Below, in pieces: positions 12,673-27,600 of a DNA stretch of 64,000 nucleotides. Positions within the stretch are counted from its first letter, which is position 1. Every line of letters starts with the position of its first letter. The notes beneath the pieces were generated by a model, which was given only the letters and a program-made list of their open reading frames with translations, had not been told where the DNA came from and did not search any database. Where the stretch lies: assembly GCF_026571515.1 (NCBI RefSeq), contig NW_026853749.1, positions 1-64,000 on the forward strand, given 5' to 3'. Source of the stretch: Ruditapes philippinarum. Taxonomy: Eukaryota. A program made the translations under genes and the position numbers.

Positions 12673-15600
12673 TCATGTGAGATCATTTGGAACCTGATCA
12701 TTCAAGGATGTCTCAGAAAGGTCATCATCACTAAGGTCAAGGTCATCCATATCAAGGTCATCTGGAAGAAACAAACAAACATACAGTAAAAAAGTTAATA
12801 TGTTATTGTCAAGCTATATGTTTCTATCATTTCTTAATGATCAACATTATATTTTGTCCAATCACATTGCAGTATTTTTCAAATTTCTGCTTAGTCTAAC
12901 TATGGTTAATGTGTACTAACTAAATAAAATTTACTTAATCTGTCGTCTAACCTGAGTCTAACAAATTTCAATAATACATTATATTAGGGAGGAGTTAGAG
13001 GTGTCGTTTGCACTCTGAATTATAAAATATCTAGGTTTTCAAAACAATGCCAACGTTACTTTTTAAAGGTCAGGTGTTTCTAAATGTGAGGATACAATCA
13101 AATTTATTACACAGATAATACATGTGGGGCACGCAGAGATAATGATTACATCGTAACTTTTTTATATCCTTTTAACTCTAAGAAAAATGTCTGTTAAAAA
13201 TTGCTGACTATTTTAAACTTTATATTTTCCAAAACATTATTTTCTTTCAGTTGATAGGAATGAACTGCATTTAAACAATCCTTGACATTAAGAATACAAT
13301 TTTTGGCTGGAAAACTCATTGTAAATGGACCTGTAAACCTAAATTGACACACAGAAATATAAAAAAAGTGAACTGATTTTCAAATGAGCAATTCAATAGG
13401 GATTCAATAGGGATTTTAAATGTTAGTGAATAACTTGAAGCTAATAACGAATTTGTATCAATTCTTAATCTCTAATGTATTTTTCTCACATTTTACTTTT
13501 ATTTTAAAAGGATGTACACATTTCATTAACTGCATTATTTTTATCTAATTGCATCATTTTCCTGGCTGTTTTTTTCCACATATTTTATAGAAACATGATA
13601 GTCTTACTGTAGATAAAGATAAAAAATTCTGTGACAATTCAGTAAAAAAATGTTGAAAGGGCCATTCAATTAGCTTATCTAAATGTGACATGTTAGAAAC
13701 TTGACAAGGTGTAGACATCTTGTAGAGCGAAAGGGCGGAGCTATCAGTGATTTAGAGCAATGCCTTGTTTTTGGTTGAAAAAAATAATGTTGATCATTAA
13801 ATAGGTTAATGTTTAATAATATGCATTAACAAAAATAATTGGTCGCCTGCCTGCGGCAGGCTTGACCAATTATTTTTGTTAATACATATTATTAAACACT
13901 AACCTATACATAGTGGAAATAAAACCTCATAAAACATACACGTTTATGTTCATGGTATTTATATATATAGTCTATTTCAAAATATTCAGTAACTGTATTA
14001 TCTCTGATAATATCACATTCTAACAACAAGTAGGAAAAGGCCAAAAAATCATAAGTAGAGAGTACTAATATTAATTCCAAGGATGGAATAAATTTGCATA
14101 TCACACAAGCACACTATGAGACAGATTTAAATTTCTTAATCTATTTTTCTTGTTTGGTATTTATTTAAAGTGATATAAACAAATGAATTGGTCAGTCAAC
14201 ACTCTTAATTTTAAGAGGACACCTTGATAAAACTTCTTTCATATCCCTATCAGGACTTGACCTGCAGAGATCACCATGTTGATTAAATACATGTACCAAG
14301 ATGAATATTGATTAATCCATTAAGTTGGAACACCGCTAAACCTGTCCTCATCTAATCCAGTCCTATTTCTTCTTTAAGAAGATTACCCTCTAATGTGGAA
14401 ATCCCTTAATTTCAGATAGTTTCCCTAGCTCAAATATCTTTAAACAGAATAAATTACACATACAATCCAGTCTAAAGTTTGACAAAACAAATAAGTCTGG
14501 ACGTTTGTTCAGATGAAATTTTTGAAAGAATTTTTTAGTAACATTTAAGTTATTCATTTCCAGCTGTTTAAATACAGTCCAAATTGCCTTTATTATTATA
14601 AATATTGAAAAGAGTACTTTGTCTCATATGAAAACCCCTCTAGTCCGGAAACTTGTCTAAACCAGACATCTTTGTCTGTATGTTGTTGGGCTCAGAGGGA
14701 TTCAAGATGTATACATGCAATATTGGCCAAAAACCAACACTGATAAATCATCATCATTTTATTATGCGTAAATTTTATAAAATCAAACTGTGAAAAAAAT
14801 AATTACCAGAATCTAGATCATCAATTTTATGTTGTCTTGTAAACTTCTTATCTTTAGCTGTACCAGGCTCAAACTCAGTAAAATCTGAACTCTCCGAACT
14901 TGCATCATCAGATAGATCTATATCATCTAACACTCCATTCTCATAGGGCTTCATCATAGGAGGTAATCCTTAAAATAAAATTTACATTTTCATCTAGGCA
15001 CAATGTCATAAAGTTTTATAGACAAGATCTAAAATATTCTAGCTCGACTATTCTTAGTGCTTGATAATAAAAGAGCCTTGATAATACAAATTTTTTTAGT
15101 TAACAAAGGGGCCAAATTTTTCTTTAAATCAATGTTACAGTTATAGGCCTTGGAGAGAGTCCTATTATGCTAAATAATATGTATAAAATTTCAGTTTGTT
15201 TCAAAGCCAGATGAAAATATCTGAGGTGGTATACAAACTTAAACGTCAATTTTAAGTCAAAACAAGAGCCCGGTTTGAGCCGGGTGATGCTCCCCGAATA
15301 GGTTTTGGACACAGAAAGTACACCTCTTGTAGTTTCAGAGTTATGTCCCTGGAAAAAGTTCAAAGTGCAATAATTCCAAAATATGGCAAGGCAGAGTTAC
15401 TGTTCTTTGCACTGCACGCACTTCTAATCAATGTGATCTATCAACCTACAAAGTTTCTTGATGATATCTCTTATGATTTCCAAGTTATGTCCCGGACAAT
15501 TTCAAAAAGTAAAAATAAACAAAGGGCAATAACTCCAGAATTAGGCAAGGCAGAGTTATGATTCTTGTGCACTGCACATCTACCCATTGAGATATATCTA

Positions 15601-18600
15601 CCTACAAAGTTTCATGTTGATATCTCTTATAGTTTTACAGCTATGTCCTGTACAAGATTTTTCTAAAAGGGGAGATAATTAAAAAATGAGGCTTAACAGA
15701 GTTATGGTTCTTTTGCACTGCACCTCTACTCAATGAGATCTATCTACCTACAATGTTTCTTGATATCTCTTATAGTTTTAGAGTTATGTTCCGGACAAAG
15801 TTCAAAGTGTTAAAATAAACAAAGGACAATAACTCCAAAATAAGGACAAAAAGAGTTATTGCTCTTATGCACCGCACATCTACCCATTGAGATCTATTCA
15901 CCTACAAAGTTTCATGTTGATATCTCTTATAGTTTTAGAGTTATGCCCCAGACAAGATTTTTCTATAAGGGGAGATAATTCAAAAACCAGGCAAAATAGA
16001 GTTATGGTTCTTTGACACTGCACTCCCCCTTAATGCCCTCTACCACTGTATGAAGTTTCAACAAATTATCTCCAAGGGTTTTCAAGTTATGCTCCGGACA
16101 AGACAACGGACGGACAGACAGAAGGACGGACGGACAGACAGACGGACAAGGCGCCGACTATATGCTCCCCCGAAATTTTTCGGGGAGCATAAAAAGGGCA
16201 ATACTCTTTCAAAATGCTTGATAGAGTTACCTCCTCTTGTCTACAGATTGGGGGCATGATGAACAAGTGTGCAAAGTTTCAAAGCCATATGTCAATGGAC
16301 TTTGTAAATATTTGAGGTGTTACAAAACCTTTTACATAAATTCTAAGTCAGAAAAGGGGAATAATTCTGTCAAAATGCTTGATAGACTTATCTCCTCCTG
16401 TCAACAGGTTGATGACATGATGGTGAACAAGTGTGCAAAGTTTCAAAGGCATATGTCAATGGACTTAGAAAATATTTGAGGTGTTACAAAAACTTTAATG
16501 TAAATTCTAAGATAAACAAGAGCTGTCGGTAGGACAGCAACGCTCGACTATTCTTAGTGCTTGATAGTAAAAAAAATGCTTGATACAGTTACCTCCTCCT
16601 GTTTACAGGTTGGGGTAATGATGGTAAACAAGTGTGCAAAGTTTCAAAGCCATATGTCAATGAACTTTGAAAATATTTGAGGTATTACAAAAACTTTAAC
16701 ATAAATTCTAAGTCGAAAAAGGGCATAATTCTGTCAAAATGCTTGATACAGTTACCTCCTCCTGTCTACAAGTTGGGGTCATGATGGTGAACAAGTGTGC
16801 AAAGTTTCAAAGCCATATGTCAATGGACTTGGAAAATATTTAGGGTATTACAAAAACTTTAACATAAATTCTAAGTCGAAAAAGGGCATAATTCTGTCAA
16901 AATGCTTGATACAGTTACCTCCTCCTGTCTACAGGTTGGGGTCATGATGGTGAACAAGTGTGCAAAGGTTCAAAGCCATATGTCAATGGACTTTGAAAAT
17001 ATTTGAACTATTACAAAAACTTTAACGTAAATTCTTAGTCGAAAAAGGGGCATAATTCTGTCAAAATGCTTGATACAGTTACCTCCTCCTGTTTACAGGT
17101 TGGGGTAATGATGGTGTACAAGTGTGCAAAGTTTCAAAGCCATATGTCAATGGAATTTGAAAATATTTAAACTATTACAAAAACTTTAACATATAGAGGA
17201 TATTTGTTTAGTTTAGTGTAAGATCGAAATATATTTCACCGAGTGAGCACCAAAATGTATATTTCACGAGTGGCGCAGCCACGAGTGAAATATGAACTTT
17301 TGGTGTTCACAAGGTGAAATATATTTCGATCATACACTAAACTAAACAAATTTTCTTTTTATTATATGCAAAGAAACGTTTTAAAAAGACATTAAACCTA
17401 ATACTGAATGAAAAGCGCGCCAAATAATAATACAACGTGACGTCATTTACGACGTCACGTCATTAAGTTGGTACCCAGTACTGTGCACGCTGGTATTTCA
17501 CTGAAACAACGTAAGGGGCTTAAATTCAAAACAGTGAAATTATCAAAGTGGTATTTTCACTGTTTCAAACAGTGAAATTACCAGTTTTATTTCACTGAGA
17601 TATTTCTATAAACCACCGAAAAGCATGTAATAAAAGTGGTTACGCCGACGCTCGGGGTACTACAATAGCTCTACTTATTCTTATCGAATAGTCGAGCTAA
17701 AAAGGGGCATAATTCTGTCAAAATGTTTGATACAGTTACCTCCTCCTGTCAACAGGTTGGGGTCATGATGGTGAACAAGTGTGCAAAGCCATATGTCAAT
17801 GGACAAATATTGGAAGCATTACAAAAACTTTAACATAAGTGGTTACGCCAAAGCCGATCCTTAGGTGACCAGTAAAGCTCTACTTATTTTTATCGAATAG
17901 TCAAGCTAAAAATAATAATTACATGCTTGATATAATTGGTTACATCTTATGACACTACAGACCACTAGAGCCTTTAACAACGGCATGAGCTGACACTTGC
18001 ATGCAGCCATCGGTCGTCTCATAGCAAGCTGGCTACATGTAGCTTCCAAATAATACAACAAATAATATAACACCTTGGCAGTATTATAAATAATAAAAGT
18101 TTTTTCTGTCAGATGATTTTATTCACTTGGTCGTGAAACCTTAAATAAGAAACACATGACACTTACCATTGGTATATAATGCTGACTTGGATATGGGTGA
18201 AGTTTTGACTGGACTTGACACAGGGCTAGATGATTGTTCTATAATATCAATCTTGTCCTTCAATGCACTTAAAGTACACCTGAATTATGAACAATATACA
18301 GTATTTACATCATACATTATATTATACAGTAAGAAATAATCCAATTTTCAGACAGTTAAGTGATAAAATAACATTTACAATCCTGTTTGTACCTATCAAA
18401 CTTTAAACTAAAACATTGCTGTTTATTCTGAAGACAAATAAAAAACTATGACAAGCTCTCAAAAGAGAACAGAGACAGACACACAATCAGAACTTCGATG
18501 GAAAATACACAAGAAACCATAAGATCCGGATCACGATCTTAGAAGGTGGCTAAATGGTTAAGAAGTCTGCATCATACTCAAAGAATCGTGGGTCCAAGAT

Positions 18601-21600
18601 ATACTGAGGTCACAACCATATTTGTTAGTTTTGGAAAGCAATCTTGAAAATGGTTCCAATTAATTTCAAGCTTTAATATCAATCAAACTTAAATTTATAA
18701 GTCAATACCAAATAAGAAAAATAAAGATTTTATCACCTGAGCTCATTTATCTGCATTTTCTCCAGCTGCCTGTTTGTGTTTATCATTGATACAGTAGATG
18801 ATGGTAACTGAGATTTTTTCTGAGCAAGTGACAATGAATTCAGCGTCTATAAAGTAATATATTCCACAATTAATGCACAGATGAAGATAATTACAAATCA
18901 GAACCAATATCAAAGAAAAAAAAATTTGTAAAAAAAATTCCGAACAAAGTAATCTTTATAACATACATGCATCAGGCTTTCACTCACATTCATAGAGTCT
19001 TATTTAATATTTTATCTTAAATTTTGCAGTTTTAAATTTATCATGATTTATGATCGCAAATTTAGCAAAAAAATACAAAAAACAACAACACGCTGTAATA
19101 TTAATATTCTCTATATCTAACAAATCTCATTTTTAAGCATTTTTGTCATATGCTTTTTCTTAGTGAAACTCTTAATAGATAATGTAAAATTTATTCAGTT
19201 TTATATATCATTAGAGTCATTAAACAATTTTTACATATTGTACATGAAAACTTGAAACATGATGTCATGTTAGTGCAATAACTGATTAACTCCTATTAAA
19301 TTTGGGACTTATTCCGTTACTAAGATGACAATATATGAGCTACGTCATGACAAAACAAACATAGTGCGTTTGCGACCAGCATGGATCCAGACCAGCCTGC
19401 GCATCCGCGCAGTCTGATTAAGATCCATGCTGTTTGCCATCAGTTTCTCTACTTGTAATAAAGTTGGTAAGCGAACAGGATGGATCTTAATCAGACTGTG
19501 CGGATGTGCAGGCTGGTCTGGATCCATGCTGGTCGCAAACGCACTATGTTGGTTTTGTCGTGACGCGGCTCATATCATACCCTGTCAAAACCATCCTGAC
19601 GACGCTCAGTCTCTCGTCTCCCTGATAAAACACTGGCAAGTTCTAGCTCAATTTTTGCTGTAAAATATACAACACTTAAAAATACAACCTCACACATAAA
19701 TTTCAACCTTTTCTTTAACAAATAACTTCAGTTTTAATAAGGGATTGAAAATAGAAAACTATATTCATTCTTTTTCCAATTAAAAATTTGAAAACATTTT
19801 GGATTTCTTTTCACTATATAACCAATCTAACCACATTAAAATAAACTCTTTTACTTTGAATCAAATTTAAATGAAGAATATAATGAATTATGAACTTTAA
19901 ATATTCAATAATGCCAGAATAATGCTTGTTTTTAAGTTTTCATACATTCCATATAATATTACCAAACATAGTAAACAGCCATTAAAACATGGCCATATAA
20001 CCTGTTTCTTAGTGTCTTAATAACCAATATAGACCACTGAATAATTGTTTGATTTTAATAAAAATATCATTCATTGTTTTGCAGCAGCCATTTGTATAGA
20101 TCATACAAATATTTTGATTGTCCAATAAAAAAACAGTATTATACATCGTATAAATGTACCCGGTACATACCAATCCTGGAGCGCATGACTTCAATATCTC
20201 TACGGAAACCTTCAAGCTCATCTCTGAATGCATGCTTTCTGTAACAACAACAACATTTCATTATAAGTCTTGTATTATGATGAAATTCCTATAGGATATT
20301 TATAAAATCAACATTTTCTTTTTTCCAACTAAGAAAAAACCTAGTTACTACAAAAGCCAGCACAATTATAATTACACAATATCAATTGCATTTTATAAAA
20401 CAAAAGATAGTTTTGAGAATACATTTCATTTAAGACTGCTATTATACATGTATATACTATATCAAATACACAAAGACATAACTTATGTAGTTTTTTATTG
20501 TTGTTGAACTGACAGTACCAATTATGAACAGGAGGGCCATGATGGCCCTGAGGTCGCTCACCTGTATAAAGGCACCCGGGGCGGGGCCAGTTTAAACCCC
20601 AGAGCTTTTATTTGAACAAACTTGGAAGACACCCATTAGAAGATGTTTCATGCCAAATATCTAAGCTCTAGCTCTTAGGGTTTTTTAAAAGAAGATATTT
20701 AAAGTTTTTTCTTTCGGTTGCCATGGCAACCAGAGTTCTGCATGGAAACAACTTTGTTAAGGCTTCACACAAGGAACATCCCTGTGAAGTTTCATTATGA
20801 TCTGCCTTATGGTTTCAGAGGAGATGTCGTTTTAAAAGTGTGAACGGACAACGGACGACGTACGACGGACGCAGAGTGATCCTAATAGCTCATCCTGAGC
20901 ATATGCTCAGGTGAGCTAAAAACATATCAATTTTTATTCCTGGAAAAGTGTGGGTGAAAATAACATGATATATAAATACCCTCTTTTATCAACTCTAATA
21001 CTAGATTTAATCAATTTTCAAATAGAAGCATGATTTCATTTATATTTATTTGAAAGACATTAAATTCACAACTCTATTGGTAAAAGAAGAAATTATCATG
21101 AGACTGTAACATATCTTCGAAGTACTTTAACAAGCATTAATTTTCACACACAATAAAAATAAATGTGCATATTCTATTTCTGGAATGGTGGAAATAACAT
21201 CAAAATATCCTAAAATATTTCATGAAAAAATAAATCTACAAACAAGAGATCTACAAATCAAAATGAATATTGTGGTTAAGGAACAAATATTAATAATATC
21301 TTGAAAAATTCCAACTAATCTGATGATAGTCTTCAATTTAAGCTAAGATAAGTATTGGACATCCTATATCAATTATTAACATCCATTTGCTGCTTTTAAA
21401 TTGTACCATATGACCATCTAATATATTTACATATTGGACACTGCAGCATCCTATATACAAGTAGTTATCCTGTACTGGACAATTTAGTGCATTTGACTTT
21501 TACCATGTCACGTCAAATTGATAAATGCCGTTAACAACAAAATTATCAGAATAAATGTTACGAAGAACATTGAAATGGTTGAAAATAAATTTTACTCTGG

Positions 21601-24600
21601 CTATATATTTATGTTTATGACAGGGAAAACTAACTTTATAGACTAGAATTTTTACCTCTGTAAAGGTCAAATATAAGAAAATTGTCCCGCTCCCTTATGG
21701 CATATAATCCAGAATCACAAAATTAAGTACTACTCATGTAACATGTTAGCAGCCATTTTAATTTGGTCATACTTTTCATTACTCTAACAATTCAACATGT
21801 TTAGTCACTTATACATGACGGGAACTTGAATCTTAACATATACATAAAATTACTGTTATTGGCCTTTAAGAAATTTAGTATAAGTGTGCTTTGAAAAGCT
21901 TTCTAAGAAGTAAAAATGTTCACCAAAACAAAACTTCTCCAATACCTAAAATGTTGATTAAAATTAAATCCTTATGTTATGTGGGTTATCCCAGAAATGT
22001 CCACCTGTGTTGGAGCTATAACAAGGTACTAAGGAATCAATTAAAGGAATCAATGGTCTACATTCAACTACATACTTTACCCAGCATGCAATTCTCAGCA
22101 ATATTTTCTCAACTCACTAATCAAATATAATTGTATTGAAATGTCTTGAAACATACTAGTTAAAGTTTTAAACATCATTACATAACAACAATGAAACAAG
22201 GCTATAATATATCAACCATATATAATATGCTATAAAATCTTTGTCAACTATCTTTTATTTGTTAATTTTCAGCAAAAAAGGATGGTATCAAATGCCGAGG
22301 AAATATATTTTAAGTGAATAATATACATGTATAAACTAAATACAAAATGTAGAAGAAACAGAAAAAGGGCATTTTTTTTTTCTAATTTACTGATTGTATC
22401 AAGGTTATAAATTTCTATAATTATTGACATTGAGAAATACATAGAAAAAGTTCAGTAGTGTGAGTTTGGTGACAGATATTTGTTAAAAAAAAATATCAAA
22501 AATTTTCTCTTAATCAGGAAAAAATTAATTTCTTTAACTTCTTAATTTGTCATAGATCTGACTATCATGTGGAAGATTTATAAGGAAAGAATTTTTTTAA
22601 CACTTGCACAAAACTTTGCATTTATATAATCAATGTTTTTTACACAAAAAATGCCCCATGTATTTAAATAACATTTACATTCATATTGGACACAAAAACA
22701 CCATATCTAGATAGCTGAAATAATTATTTCTTTTTCTTGTAGGTACAATCACACAGAAAAAAACAATTAGCAGTATAAACATATATTATGGATGGGAGAC
22801 AAAATATCATACCAATTGAATGTTAGATGTGTTTTTTTTTACACAAATGCATTTATTTTTTGAAGCATATAGTAAACAAAACCACGAAGCTAAAATGTTT
22901 CACTTACATTTCTATTACATCTCTATTCATTGACAATAACTGTGCGTCTGATAGTTGAGAACTACTCCCCTTCGCAGAGCTTATTTGTAACTGACTTTGT
23001 AGTAACTGTACTTCTCCTAACATTTCCCTCCTTAATTGTTCGATACGTCGTTCAACACCAGGGTCAGGTCGTCTGTCTCCTGCCCGCTCTGTAAGCTGGA
23101 ATATTTCATCTGGAAAAAGAAATAAAACCATGAATGAAAACAAAAATGAGCCGCGTCATGACAAAACCAACATAGTGCGCTTGCGACCAGCATGGATCCA
23201 GACCAGCCTGCGCATCCGCGCAGTCTGATCAGGATCCATGCTGGTCGCAAACCCATTATGTTGGTTTTGTCATGACGCGGCTCATATATAGTATATACCC
23301 AACTGTTTATCATCCAATCAAAAGAGGCTTACTCAAGTTTTGACTGTTATGTTAGTAACTTTTACTTCGGATATACGCCTATTGAAGTAAGTACACCTTT
23401 ATTACAGAAAGTACTAGAAACATTTAAGTACCACAGAAAAAGAAGATAAATCTACTGTAATAAGAAGTTTTAAGAATAACTCAATAACAATAACAGAAGC
23501 CTAATAGTTAAAGTATCTTCAACTTAACCCTGAGATTCAGATTGTTGCCGTGAGATTGTGAATGTATTTCCCCAGTAACAGTAAGCCAAAGAGATGGTAA
23601 AGTATGTAACTATTTTACTGGAACAAGCTATAATAATTCACTTACTTCTTAGATCTCTAATTTGTTCTTTATAATTGTGTCTATCTGTTTCCAGCCTGTG
23701 TACAATACCTCTCAAATGATCTATTGCCTACAATATGATTTAACCATAACATGAATCAGATATAATATAAATCTACACAAAGTAAAGGAAATATTTTGGA
23801 AGGAGATAATATGAATCAAATCCTTACACATAGCAAATCTGTGATTAAAATAAAATTAATGTAGGAGGTGCAATCAAGTAAACATTATAGTTATATTAAA
23901 ACTAGATAGTCAAAAACAATGTTAGCATATCAATTAAAATTCATTCAATTAAAATTTAAGACAATACATTAAAGTTTAAAGCATCTGCAAGAACCTGAAA
24001 TATATCAAACTGGCAGTTTACCATCAGACTTCAATGTTTAATATTTAATTTTTTGGAAGGTGATAAATTGCCTTCCTAAATTATTGCACCTCCTTATATG
24101 TTGTCATTCTGACCTCTTGAAAATACCCCCAAGAACAACAACAGAATATAATGTATGCATAACAAAATAGATTGATGCTTTTAAGTTTTTAAGTATATCA
24201 GAAAAAAATATGTACAAAGTACAACATGTAGTTCATTTTTGGCACTTCAGAAAATAGTAGAAGAAAAACATCATTTTTGCTGATATTTGTCATTTTTTAT
24301 TTCCAACACACATGAACCCTTTGTCTAACCAGGATATACACTATCAACAGCTGTTATCCCTCTGACTAGTACTGTCATTACATAGTCACTGTTAAAGGTG
24401 GGCCACGGAATACAATAGGAAAGTTTTCTGAATGACTTCACTCTAAATTATTTTCCCCCTAAGGAAAGGGTTTTTCCATTGAGAACTAAAAAAATTAACA
24501 AATATTTAACAGTGTACCCATACCATGTGACTTTCATGACATTTTATGGTTATACGGCAAAGAGATAGTAAATAAACTGCTTGATTGTCTGATGCTAATT

Positions 24601-27600
24601 GCTATATTATGTCAGAGATGTTATCTATGTCTCTGATTATGTCTACTAAAAGTAACTAACATTATGATTGCCCTTATGTTCAAACTTACATTATTTTGTT
24701 GTTCTATTTTATCAAGAAGGGTGGTTGTAGAAGGGTATGGCATGACAGTACTGGTTGTTGCTGTTCCAGTGAAGAGTTCAGTAGGAAAACTCTGGTTGTA
24801 GACTGAAGGTGAACCACTTGGTATCTCTAATAGGGAAGTACTTCTTTTCATTGGAGTTGAATCTATTGTAAAGGTAAAATCAGAAGTAACAAACTTGTGA
24901 AGAATGATTAACAATTATTAGACTTTTTTATGCATAAAACATTATGAAATCAATCAATGATTATTTGTGTCAGTATATTTATACATGCTGATATCAAAAA
25001 CAAAGCATATCTGATTATTAACTGTTAATTTTACAAAAATGATATAGTGAAGAAAATTACTAAGTTTATACTCACAAAATTTTGGGGCCCATGTAACATT
25101 TTTCGATCCATTTGCATCATACTTGTTCTGAAAATTCAAAAGAGATTTCTCTTTTGTGTATTCTAGAAATTTTAGTTGGAGAAGCAGGGACTCTAACTTG
25201 AGGCATCTAGCTTTGAAGGAAAGAGTTTTTTACCACTAGATTACTGAAAACATGCCTGCTTATTTGATGCCAAAACAAGTATGACACTACTCGCTCAAAA
25301 TCAAAGACATAAGTTGCCTACTTAAAGTAGGCAACTTATGTCTTTGATTTTGAGCAAGTAGTGTAACTTTAATTATTTTCACATATTACTTTAACTTTCA
25401 TATTTTCAATTAGATCTACATGTTCACTGTGATGTTACACATATAACCTATCTACTGTCTATGATAAGACTGTCTCAGTGTATAAACTATTAAACTCACT
25501 TGCACTTAGTTAAACATAAAAAGATATATATGAAAAAAAAAACACTCTTTAAACTTAGTTTAAAATTGTTTGCAATGTTTCCTATTTTAAATTTTTTACT
25601 TGTAGCAGAATTACCTTATCACATGAATAAATTATTCCAAAATATTTTGGGACCTACATGATAACTTCAGATAAACTACTGTGATAACATTGGATTCAGT
25701 ATCATGAATTGTGACTTCTACATCACAATGTGTACCTTATTATGACCTAGATGAAGAGACACAACCCTTATAAAATTAAACAAGGATAAGCTAAGCATAT
25801 ACTTCATAAAATATTTGATAAATGTTTTATACTTACATCTACCACTCGATCTGAATTACATGTTGTTGAAAACCGGACAGTCAGGGGGTAGGGGGATGGG
25901 GGGGGGTTGTAGTGAGTGAGACTTTTCAGGCTCCTGAATGTTTTGGACTTGGTTTTTTCGTCTCTGAGACATGCCATTCCTGATCTTTAAAACAGCTAGT
26001 TTACAATACAATATCAGTATGTGTGACATGTCCTATGTTGTTATAGTTTGACTAGTCAATGGATTGGATTATCTCAAATACCAGGGTTTTGAGGACGTAA
26101 TCAGGTAATGCCCTAAAGGAAACGACTGTTTACGTCCTCACAAGACAAGAAAGGATGATAAATATATGTAAATCAGTCGTGTCCACAGACATTTGAGGTT
26201 CAGAACCTATCCTTGTTTTGAATCGCCCCTTAATTTAAACGGTCAATAAAAATCATTAATATTTTAACACAAATGGGATGCTATTGGGGATCTGTCTTAA
26301 TCATTAAACTTGTGTTAGCGCCAATAGTTGTATTGTGATTTGGTATAAGAATACCGCGTGTTACATGAGTTACTTCCCTTTGTGTTAGTTTTGCCATTTG
26401 CTCTGTAATAAAGTTAAATTGTTCGTTGGTGATTCTTTCTCCTTACTGGCGTGGCGGCAGCTGTGTTAATAAAGAAACAACGCCTGTTCGATGCTAAAAA
26501 GACTTTTTCGTTAGCCACTCTACCAAAATCTGTACGGAGGCGGAATAAGCTCAATCAAGGAGTCCAACGAGGCAGTTTTTTACCAGTAACTGTTTACAAT
26601 TTATCTTGCAAATACAGCAGTGTATAAAGGAGCTATTACTTACACTTCGTGACTTAAAACTGTATCTATGGCAACTCAGCGCGCTCCTAAGCAGTGGCGT
26701 CTCACTAAGAACGAGACTATAACGTCATTCGAGTCGTGGCGTCAGAATCTCCAATATACACTTTCTCTTGACGCCAATTTTGCTACTTACTTGGTCGATG
26801 GAGCTACTTGGTTAAAGAAGACAAGTAAAAACCCGGTTCGTGCTTTACAGACGACGGTGAGGATGTTCCTCAACAGGCACGGAGAACAGCGCTCAAAAAG
26901 TAACACATTTAGAATTGATGCTGGCCAAATTGCTAACTTTTGTCCTGTGATTTCTAGAAATACCATAGTAAAAATTCTACATGCATGAATGACATTTGGC
27001 AGGCTATTCGATTACACTTCGGTTTTCAAACCAGTGTGCGGTCATTTTTTGACTTTGACGGTATAAAATTAGAACCTGGAGAAAGACCTGAAGATCTTTA
27101 CCAGCGTCTATACAGTTTCGTTGAGGACAGCATGCTCACTACTACAAGTAGAATAAGCCATCATGGAGAGGTCCCAACTTCTGACGAGGAAATGACTCCA
27201 ACTCTTGAAAATATGATTGTGTTGACATGGCTCAGGCTTGTTGATAAGAATTTACCAATCCTGGTAAAACAGCGGTACGGCACTGAGCTTCGGTCAAAAA
27301 ACGCTGTCTTCATTAAAACCAGAAATTTCTCAGGCACTTGACAGCTTATTGGACGAAATTCAAGTTTCAAATGAGGCAAAAGTACTTCGTTCCACATTCC
27401 ATAAACCTGGTTATACAAAACAAAAACAAAAGCAAAAAGAATGCCCTTTGTGCAAGCAAGCGGACGTCAGAAGTTCAATCATTTCTTAAGTGCCTGCAAA
27501 TACCTACCTGAAGAGGACAAACAGTACATGACGAAGGTGCGACAAATGGCAGTCATCGACTCTGACAGTGAGTCGGAAACCGGACTCTGAAAGCATCCCA

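Larger units (their letters stand above)
15021..17911 (+). mobile_element. Outer HINE-like element with ~163-bp tandem repeats (host of nested insertions)
   Basis: 5' sub-terminal GCTCGACTATTC (~15041) and 3' GAATAGTCAAGCTAAAA (~17895-17911). Repeat unit contains AAAATGCTTGATACAGTTACCTCCTCCTG...CAAAGTTTCAAAGCCATATGTCAATG. Confidence 0.65.
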
